From Emiliania huxleyi CCMP1516 (Eukaryota): 64,000 nt of DNA. Shown one piece after another: positions 55,603 to 64,000 of the stretch (its first letter is position 1; each line of letters begins with the position of its first letter). Under the pieces are notes generated by a model. It did no database searches. It saw only the letters and a program-made list of their open reading frames with translations, and was not told the DNA's origin. Both the position numbers and the translations under genes were made by a program. The stretch spans positions 1 to 64,000 of the forward strand of contig NW_005201287.1 of the NCBI RefSeq assembly GCF_000372725.1, given 5' to 3'.

Positions 55603-57654
55603 CTAGTCGTAGGAAACAAGCCTTTCTGCTCGCACGCTGACGCTGATCGGATCCTGGTCGTCGAGCGTCACGCCGCAGCGTCCCGCGTCTCGGTCGATCG
55701 AGACCACGACGCCGCTCCGCCCGTTGAGCTCAGTGAAGACCGTGAAACCCTCGATGCGCACGCGCTCCCTGAGCGCAGGTACGCCCCTCTCCGCGCTCAG
55801 CGCCGACGTAGCGGACTCTGCGGGAGTCGCGCCGGACGATGTCGGCCTTTCTACGCCGGTGCCGCTGTGTGCCGTCGCATTCGTGCGGCGAGCGTGGTTC
55901 GTGCGTGAGGCGCCGCGGTCTGCTGTCAGCCTGCGGCGCACCTTGATCGGCAGCACCTCCGCGTCTGGGCACGAAGCGATGTGCGGCCGCGCTGAGTACA
56001 CAAGCGCCTCGCCAGGCGAGAGGCCTCGGATCGAAGCGAAGCTATCCTCGGGTAGCGGCACCTTCTTCGCCAGGTACTGGTGCCAATCTCCCGACTGGAA
56101 ACGATGCGCGACGAGGAGAGTGACGAGCTCGAGAAGCTCTTCTGGCATCGCCTTGGGCGACTGCGTAGAAATCATGAGGCGCAAGCCCTCATGGCGCATC
56201 AGCCGAGCACAATCGGTGATCTCGCGCGCGAGAGCATCGCCCTCCCCCGCCATCCCCATGTAGCGGTGCGCCTCATCAAACACGACGAGTTTGCCTGCGC
56301 CGTGCACCTGCTTGAAGCGAAACGACTCGAGCAGCACCTGGAAGACGCCGTTCGCGTCGGCAGGTGCCATCATCGGGTCGGTCAGATCCACCACCACCAT
56401 ACGGCCTGCCGCCATGACCTCGCTCAGGTCAGCGCCCACATCTCGCAAAGACTCGTTGCATTCCGCCTCCCAGATGAAGGCCGACAGGAGCTGCATGCGC
56501 TGGCGCAACGGCCCCGCCTGTTGGCTCGAGCATAACGCTTCCAGCTCCTTCATGAACTGCTGGTATGGCGGCACCTTTCGCGCCCGTTGGTAGCCGCGCA
56601 GCATCTCGAGCATCAGCGCGACGTAGAGCTGAGTCGAGCTCTCGTCGAGCTTCATCAACATCTTGAGCTGCTGCGCCTTTAGCCGCCCCCACCGGAACAG
56701 GAGCGGCTTGACCACGCAGACGCCCGCATAGTACTCCTTCCTTTGGAGATAGAAAGATGGCGAGCACAGGACGAGCAGCGAGTCATGGCCGAGGCAGGGC
56801 GCAGAGACGGCGGAGCCCGCCAGCTCGAGCAGCCCCGCCACTCCATGGCTCGGCTGGCCAAGCCCCGTCGCCTCGCAGCAGTTCGCCTCGCTCTGGTCGT
56901 AGTGGCAGACGAGCACTGACATGGGCTGGCGCACGCGCGAGAGGGGCGCAAACGGAAGGAGGCACGTCTCCAGCACGCAATTCGTCGTGTGCGATTTGCC
57001 CGCGCCTTGCACGCCCACCGAGATGAGACAGAACGGGTCGGTGACATTGAGATAGACCTCGCTGCTATCGTCTCCGCCAATGAGATGGCCCAGAAGCACA
57101 AGCTCCAAATTGGCCGGCGCCGAGTCCACGCTGCCATAGAGGGTGGTGCGAGGGTGATCTGCCGCGACGCCGGCGCGATTCTGAGCTTGCGGGGCGAAGT
57201 ATCCGCGCAGCTGGTTTATCAGATCCGGCGCTAAGGCCGCCGGGCCAATATCCCCGGCTTCGACGTCCTGCGCCGAGGCTGCGGCCGCCTCCTCTGCTGC
57301 GATCTGCTCCGCCAATGTCATCTCTGGACCGGCAGCCTCCTCAAGTGCGGGAGGCATGGCAGCTGCGGACGAGGCTGCGGTGGCAGCGGCTTCAGCGGCA
57401 GCGGTGGCAGCGGCGGGCGGATGAGGCGGCGAGGGCCGCGGATGAGCCAGAACCTTCAGATGCTTGCTTCCTTTTACATGCAACAAGCCGGCACCCACGC
57501 CCGCTGGCACTTGCACGCTGCACAAGGTGCACCAGTGGCCTGCGCCGCGGGTCACAATGAGATGCTTGGCCCAGCACTGATGGCAGTAGAAGCAACCGTC
57601 GTCAGGGTCTATTGCCCCGCTGCGTTTGATGGAGCAGTCGGCACATGCGCTCAT
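55603..57654 (-). CDS. HerA/FtsK-like P-loop ATPase with N-terminal zinc fingers and a C-terminal SH3/KOW-like domain
   Basis: Walker A GVQGAGKSHT, Walker B LVVFDEAHRY, ARLMRHEG...ISTQSP; N-terminal CADC...CHQC and CTLC...H...H; 683 aa, intronless. Confidence 0.8.
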   Translation of the reverse strand: MSACADCSIKRSGAIDPDDGCFYCHQCWAKHLIVTRGAGHWCTLCSVQVPAGVGAGLLHVKGSKHLKVLAHPRPSPPHPPAAATAAAEAAATAASSAAAMPPALEEAAGPEMTLAEQIAAEEAAAASAQDVEAGDIGPAALAPDLINQLRGYFAPQAQNRAGVAADHPRTTLYGSVDSAPANLELVLLGHLIGGDDSSEVYLNVTDPFCLISVGVQGAGKSHTTNCVLETCLLPFAPLSRVRQPMSVLVCHYDQSEANCCEATGLGQPSHGVAGLLELAGSAVSAPCLGHDSLLVLCSPSFYLQRKEYYAGVCVVKPLLFRWGRLKAQQLKMLMKLDESSTQLYVALMLEMLRGYQRARKVPPYQQFMKELEALCSSQQAGPLRQRMQLLSAFIWEAECNESLRDVGADLSEVMAAGRMVVVDLTDPMMAPADANGVFQVLLESFRFKQVHGAGKLVVFDEAHRYMGMAGEGDALAREITDCARLMRHEGLRLMISTQSPKAMPEELLELVTLLVAHRFQSGDWHQYLAKKVPLPEDSFASIRGLSPGEALVYSARPHIASCPDAEVLPIKVRRRLTADRGASRTNHARRTNATAHSGTGVERPTSSGATPAESATSALSAERGVPALRERVRIEGFTVFTELNGRSGVVVSIDRDAGRCGVTLDDQDPISVSVRAERLVSYD

Positions 57655-57745
57655 AATCGAAGTGACGCCGGATAGCTCGTGACACGATCGACTTTCGCCG
57701 AGGCCGAGGGCGTCCCGAGAGATTTCTCGGAAACTCTTGACATAC

Positions 57746-57748
<3 letters not shown>

Positions 57749-57817
<69 letters not shown>

Positions 57818-57854
57818 TCCTCCCTCTACTCGAGTACATGCCCGGTGCACACAC

Positions 57855-57881
<27 letters not shown>
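57749..57881. repeat. (GA)n and (CT)n microsatellites in inverted arrangement
   Basis: (GA)n at 57749-57815 and (CT)n at 57856-57881, separated by a ~40-bp spacer. Confidence 0.9.
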
Positions 57882-57887
<6 letters not shown>

Positions 57888-58391
57888 CCTCCTGTCCCTG
57901 CGAGGCTATCTCGGCACCTCGACTCGGCACCGGCTCTTTGGGCTTGGCGGGAGGTAACCAAACCAAAGGTCACATATATCCCGACGGTTTGTGCCCGATG
58001 GCGATGCCGATCCCGACTGTATACGGTAGCGTGGTTCGGCACCTCACGTGTTGTGCGTTGGGGGTATCTTCATTCACACGTTGCGCTCCTCGCGGCCTGG
58101 CTAGGGGTTCGATCGAGGTGGCCCCCACCCCGGGGCCTCCCATCAAAGGGACTGCGGCAGAAGACGCCCAATCTTGCACAAGTGCAAGAACCATACGGAC
58201 TTATAGGGTTAGATTTCGCAAGCTGGGGAAGAATTCTTTACCGCCTAGGTAGGTAGGTAGAAAGGTGAAGAACAGCCAGGCTCGGACTGGACACCATCGC
58301 GGTATGGGTGGACGCTAGACAGATGATGACGACACCCTCTCCGCGAGTGTTGTGAATCCTTGTGTGAATGCCCGAAAATTTCTTTGTTTCC

Positions 58392-61155
58392 ATGGAGGTC
58401 GGGGTGCCCGCGCTGCCAGCGGGGTGGACCACCTTCCGGCGGGGCGCGGTGCCACTCTACCTACACCTGGCCTCGCGCGCGGTGCTCGCCACACCACCTC
58501 GCACCCTTCCTGGCTCCTCACGCGAGCTGACGGCGGTCAGTGATGTCTCACCGGGCGAAGCGGCGCTCGTGGCGGCGCTCAACGCCGCGGCGCGGCAAAG
58601 CCTGGGCCCCGCGAACGCGCAGCCAGTGTCGGGCCTGCACCAGTGCGGCCTCACGGCGTCCGTCCCGGCCGTCCTCCCTCCGCATCTCATGGCGCGCCCT
58701 CCACAGCCGAACGCCAGCGCTCCGTGTACGCAACTCACGAGAGGTGTCGAGTCGCCCGCCGAGACAGCCATTCGCTTCCTACGCGCCTATGTGTGGGAGA
58801 CGCTCGGCGTGGTCGTCGAGATGCGGGCGCGCCCCTCCGGTGCCGCGGGCGCCGCCGGCGCAGCAGCGGTGGCAACGGAGGCGGCGGGAGAGGCGGGAGC
58901 GGAAGCAAAGGCGGCAGGCGGGGCGGTCGGCTCGTGGTTTGCTGCCGAGTGTCACGTGGACGGCTTGCTCCTCGGACGCGCGGTCCACCACACCGCCCAC
59001 CTCGCATGCGGCGTCGCGGCGGAGGATGCGTTGCTCCTCCTCTGCCCTCTGAAATGGGAGGCGGCGGCGGCGGGCTTGCGGGCGGCGGGCGGCTGCAGAC
59101 GGCGACTGCTTAGAGCACCCTTGTGCGAGTAGGCGGTGCTCGGCAACCCGGAGCTGTGGCCGCACGTCGCGATGCGCGGCGGCAGGCTCGTTCCTCTACC
59201 GCGCGCCTCGCCGCCTCTGCAGTCGCTCTCGGCGCGCCTCGCCAGTCACCGCACATAGTCGGCACAAGACATCACACCTCGCCACACCTCGCCACACCTC
59301 GCCACACCGCCCTGGGCAGGTGTGGGACGATTCAATCGTGGATGCCAACGAGTTTGTCTGGACAACCCGCACGCCGGCGCAAGTGCCACCAGCCGCCGCC
59401 CCCCCCCCGCCCCCATCCCCCGCCCTTCCCTCCCCCCTGCTCCCGCCCCGGCCCCGCCCCCCGCCCCCCGCCCCCCGCCCTGTCCGGCCCCACGCCCCGG
59501 CCCCGCCCCCCGCCCCCGCCCCGCCCTGCCCCGGCCCCGACGGCCCGCCTCGCGGCCGGCAGGTGCTCGCTGACCTCGCGGCGCTCCGGTTCGGAACCAC
59601 CCAGCCGTCGGCGCACCATGAGGTTGTGGAGCGGCTCCTCCCTGCGGTCGACGAGCACGCGGCCGCTAGATGAAGACACGCCAGGCGGAGGCGCCAGGCG
59701 GAGGCGCCAGGCGGGGAGGCGCTAGGCGGAGAGAGGCTTGCGCGCCCTCGGGGCGCCTCTCGGCTCTCCCTCTCGGCTCTCGCGCGGCGTATCTCTCGGC
59801 TATCTCCCGCTTCCCTCCCGCCTCCCTCTCGCCTCCCCTCTCGCCTCCCCTCTCGGCTCCCTCCCCCTATCTCCCCCCTATCTCCCAGGCACGCCCCCTC
59901 GCGGGTGCACCGCCTCACCACGCGGCTCGGGAACCTAGAAGCGGAATACGTATTCATGTGCCCCAACTAGCTCCCGAGAGGACACGTACTCAGCCGTCTC
60001 CCCGCCCTCATGTCGGCGTATTCAGCACGTAGGCTCGGGAAGTACGTCGGCGTTGGCGAGGGCGTGTGCCGCCGGCGGGCGGCGCAGCTGTCCAAGCTCG
60101 AGCTCGTGCGCGAGGTGCGAGATGCGCCGAGATGCGCCGAGATGCGCCGAGATTGGACGGAGAGGCGGTGCGGTGCGCGAGGCGCGAGAGAGCCGAGGCG
60201 AGGCGTGACGCAGCGAGATGCGGCGAGATCCGGCTGCCCATGCTCGACGGCGTGCGCGTTGCTCGGCTGAACACCTCCTCCCTCCCCATCCCCGCCGTCG
60301 CCGCCGCCGCCGCCCTCATTGCCGCCCGTCCCCCCCCCCCCCCCATCTCCGCTGGGCTTCGGCTAGGCTCTGCGCGAGCACTACCCGCAGCTGCAGCTGT
60401 GGAGCGACGTGGTCGCCTTCTTCAGCGACGATGCCAAGCGCGCGCCTCGGCACGCCGGAGACGCAGCCCCTCGCCCCGGAGACGCAGCCTCTCGCCTCCC
60501 CTCTCGCACGCGCGCTTAGATGCAGACTAGATGCAGAGGGGGTTGGGTTCGGGTACCGTGGGGGTAGGGGGCTCTGACCGTGGGCCGCATTCCCTCTCCC
60601 ACGCAGAGGGCCGCCTGCACCGCTCGCACACCGCGCCTTGCAGCCACACACCGGTGCGGCATCCTCCCCGGAGTTCGTCGAGAGAGGCCCCTCGAGGGGC
60701 CGCCGCCGCCCGCACCGCACCAGTCTCTCCGCCGTCGCCGCCGTCGCCGCCGCCTCCGTCCGCCTCACCGTCGCCGCCGCCGCCGTCCGCCTCGCCCTCG
60801 CCGCGGCCTCCCTCCGCGTCGCCCTCGCCGCCGCCTCCCTCGACCTCACCGTCACTGCCGCCCGCACCGCACCTCACGGGTCGCTGACGGCCGCGCGCCT
60901 CTGCTGCCTGCCCGCCCTCGGCAGGCTCTGGCCTGGCGCAGCAGCTGCTCGAGGCCGACAAGAGGAGCATCCGCACCGACAAGCGGGCGGAGAGGGAGCG
61001 AGGCCGCAGCCAGGGCGCCGAGGGGGGCGGCGCCGACGGGTCTGCTCCCGGCGGATCCTCATCCGAGGGGGGGGCACCCGCCGCCCCGCCGCCCGCCACG
61101 GCGCGGCCAGAGGCCTCGCAAGCTTGCGCCGACGCCGCGCTGGCGGCGGCGGCCG

Positions 61156-61202
<47 letters not shown>

Positions 61203-61805
61203 GGCGGTGGTGGCGGCGGTAGCCGACAGCTCGCCGGAGAGGGTGCCGGGTTCGTCACGAGCTGGCAGAACCAGTTTCGCGTCGAGTCCGCGCGGCGGAA
61301 GCGGGTGGCGAGGGACGGCGAGGTCGGGGAGAGCGAGACGCGCTTCACGATGAACGAGATTGAGGCTGGGGCGGAGGCGCTCTCCGCAGAGGCGCGGCGG
61401 CGGCTGCGCGCGGCCATGGCGCGGCTCGAGGCGCTGGCCTCGGCCTCGGCTGTCTCCGAGGCGATGCGGAGAGACGAGCCGTCGCACTTGAGCGCCGCTC
61501 TCGGCGAGGGTGCAGGGGGCCCGCCCCTCGCTCCGTCGGCGCGGCTTGGCGGGCTGGCTGCTTTGGGCGGAGGCACCGAGCTTGAGGAGCAACAGCAGCA
61601 GCAGGCGGCGGTGGAGGCGGTGGACGCGAGCAGCGCCGCGCCCGCCGCGAAGCGAGCGAGGAGGGCGTGGGCGCCGTGGAAGGCGGGGACGAAGGGCCAC
61701 GCCGCACTAGCGGAGCTCGCCGCCACGAGGGAGGCGGGCGCGTTTGGCGGTCAGCGGGCGGCGCCCCAAGGGAGAGGGCGGTCGGAGCTGAGGCTGCTGG
61801 GATGA
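58392..61805 (+). CDS. DGCR8/Pasha-like protein (WW-like domain, two dsRNA-binding domains, C-terminal helix), multi-exon
   Basis: LPAGWTTF.RGAVPLYLHLASR; AIRFLRAYV...FAAECHVDGLLLGRA...AAEDALLLLCP; GVGEG...KLELVRE|ALREHYPQLQLWSDVVAFF; LRAAMARLE; alternative start 58368. Confidence 0.68.
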
Positions 61806-62246
61806 GACTGTGTACGTCCGACTGCAGGAAGCGACCTTGGCCCGATTGCGCTCTAATGCTGCTCCGGTCTCGTGCGTCTCTCTATCTGACAAACACACGA
61901 GAGAGCGCAGCCATCGCCGCGGAATTCTTTTATCAGTCTCGTGCGAGGGAGCTTTGTTCTATAGAGGGAGCTTTTACAAATAAAGATTTATTATTTTACA
62001 GATTTTAACTAGTCACTCTCGCGAGGCTGTGAAAGCACGCCCGATTATCTTACGTCTGTCCCACCGTCCGGCCCGACTCACCATCAATCACCTCGCCTAC
62101 CTGCATACAAGTGCCCTGAAAGACCGACAGCCCACACCGAACGAGCGACCGCGACTCTCTCTCTCTCTCTCCCTCTCTCTCGGTGAGAGCGAACGGATTT
62201 TTCTAATGTGATCAGGCTCCCTTTAATCTGAGCAGTCTAATTGATA

Positions 62247-63843
62247 TCACGGCGGTGGGGACGGCGGCGTCAGGCAGGCGGGCGGCGGGTCTGCGTCCGC
62301 TGGCGGACACAGGTACGGGTTGTCCGGGTCCTCGCCGCTAACGCACCCCGTCCAGTGGCACTTCGTGCCGCTCCAGCACGTCCGGGAGTAGTAGTTGGTC
62401 CCCTCTCGATTGCAGATGTGATGTCCGCTTGGGCAGTCGACGCAGCCAGTGCCGTCGCACAATTTGGGGAAGGCGCACTGAGGGAAGTAATCTCCAGAGG
62501 AGCACGTCATCATTCCGTTGCAGTCCCAGAGGTCCGTATAGGGGGGGGCCGACGGCGGTGGCGGCGAGGGCGGCGAGGAGGGCGGCGGAGCCGACGGCGG
62601 TGGCGGCGAGGGCGGCGGCGACGGCGACGGCGGCGGTGCGGACGGCGACGGCGACGGCGGCGGCAGCGGCGGCGGCGTCGGGCAGGCGGGCGGCGGGTCT
62701 GCGTTCGCTTCCGGACACAGGTACGGGTTGTCCGGGTCCTCGCCGCTAACGCACCCCGTCCAGTGGCACTTCGTGCCGCTCCAGCACGTCCGGGAGTAGT
62801 AGCCCATGCCTGAAGCGCAGATGTGATGTCCGCTTGGGCAGTCGACGCAGCCAGTGCCGTCGCACAATTTGGGGAAGGCGCACTGAGGGAAGTAATCTCC
62901 AGAGGAGCACGTCATCATTCCGTTGCAGTCCCACACGTTATACGGGGGAGGCAGCGGCGGCGGCGGCGAGGGCGGCGAGGAGGGCGGCGGAGCCGACGGC
63001 GGTGGCGGCGAGGGCGGCGGCGACGGCGACGGCGGCGGTGCGGACGGCGACGGCGGCGGCAGCGGCAGCGGCGGCGGCGTCGGGCAGGCGGGCGGCGGGT
63101 CTGCGTTCGCTTCCGGACACAGGTACGGGTTGTCCGGGTCCTCGCCGCTAACGCACCCCGTCCAGTGGCACTTCGTGCCGCTCCAGCACGTCCGGGAGTA
63201 GTAGCCCATGCCTGAAGCGCAGATGTGATGTCCGCTTGGGCAGTCGACGCAGCCAGTGCCGTCGCACAATTTGGGGAAGGCGCACTGAGGGAAGTAATCT
63301 CCAGAGGAGCACGTCATCATTCCGTTGCAGTCCCAGGGGATGCCGTCGCCGTCCGTGTCCCCCGTGCCCTCGGCGCTGTCTGGGATGCCGTCGCCGTCCG
63401 AGTCGGGATCCTCCGCGTCAGGCAGGCCGTCGCTGTCTGTGTCGGCGGTGTTGGACTCCTTGGCGTCGGGGATGCCGTCGCTGTCAGCGTCGGCGGCGCC
63501 CTCCTCCGCGTCGGGCTTGCCGTCGCCGTCCGAGTCGGGGTCGAGGTAGTCGGGGATGCCGTCGCCGTCCGTTTCCCCCGTGCCCTCGGCGCTGTCTGGG
63601 ATGCCGTCGCCGTCCGAGTCGGGATTCCGCTGTCTGGTCTGGAGTCGTGCCAAGCTGAAGCTTCCGGCGCTGCTGGTAACTGATTCTACAGCCCTCTCCG
63701 ACAAACAGTACGCACACGCTGCCCTGGATCTCAAAGCCACAAATGGCAGTGTCGGCGTTGCTCTGCGTGCAGCATGTCCCATCGTTCACGCCGATCACCT
63801 GAGGGCGTGTGTACAGTGTCGAGGCAGATCTACCGGAGATCAA
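62247..63843 (-). CDS. Probable extracellular protein with TSP3-like DxDGDG repeats, three Cys-rich repeats and Pro-rich linkers
   Basis: About five DSDGDGIPD-type repeats, 3x WDCNGMMTCSSGDYFPQC...YLCP, (SPPP)n; 5' end unresolved, frame change near 63625. Confidence 0.75.
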
Positions 63844-64000
63844 GTCTCACGTACCACCTTCGTAGCTAGTATTGTGCGTGGAGGGTCGACGAGAGAAAGG
63901 CGGGGAGGAGGGCTCTCACGTAGCTGTCGAATCCAATTATCCGCGGCTGGTCGCAATAGAGCATGTGACCGGAGCAAGCATCGCCACAGGACTCCTTCGC

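Overview
Left end of a very GC-rich eukaryotic chromosome. It opens with (CCCTAA)n telomere repeats. TTAGGG telomeres, GC-AG introns and 10-11 bp intronic tandem repeats suggest a haptophyte such as Emiliania (Gephyrocapsa) huxleyi; this is an inference. The first ~32 kb is a subtelomeric mosaic of satellites and non-autonomous transposons: PIF/Harbinger-like, hAT with BED finger, a TIR element holding a CRE-type endonuclease fragment, a split-direct-repeat Ngaro/PAT-like element and LINE 3' fragments. These are interleaved with host genes (MATE, flavin-reductase-like, BUD20/ZNF593, MTP18, SLC35A transporter, EF-hand, DUF445-like). Further in are NHL-BTB, J-domain+LYR, TPR/Sel1, a small secreted Cys/Trp repeat protein, an SLC26-STAS-cNMP transporter, an ankyrin-bearing Fab1/PIKfyve, a Tc1/mariner MITE, an intronless HerA/FtsK-like ATPase and a TSP3/Cys-repeat protein. 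The most notable find is a spliced gene with the full DGCR8/Pasha motif layout, placed head-to-head with the HerA-like ATPase. Several introns also look as if they arose by local duplication plus a tandem-repeat filler. All family calls come from motif recognition by eye; no searches were run.
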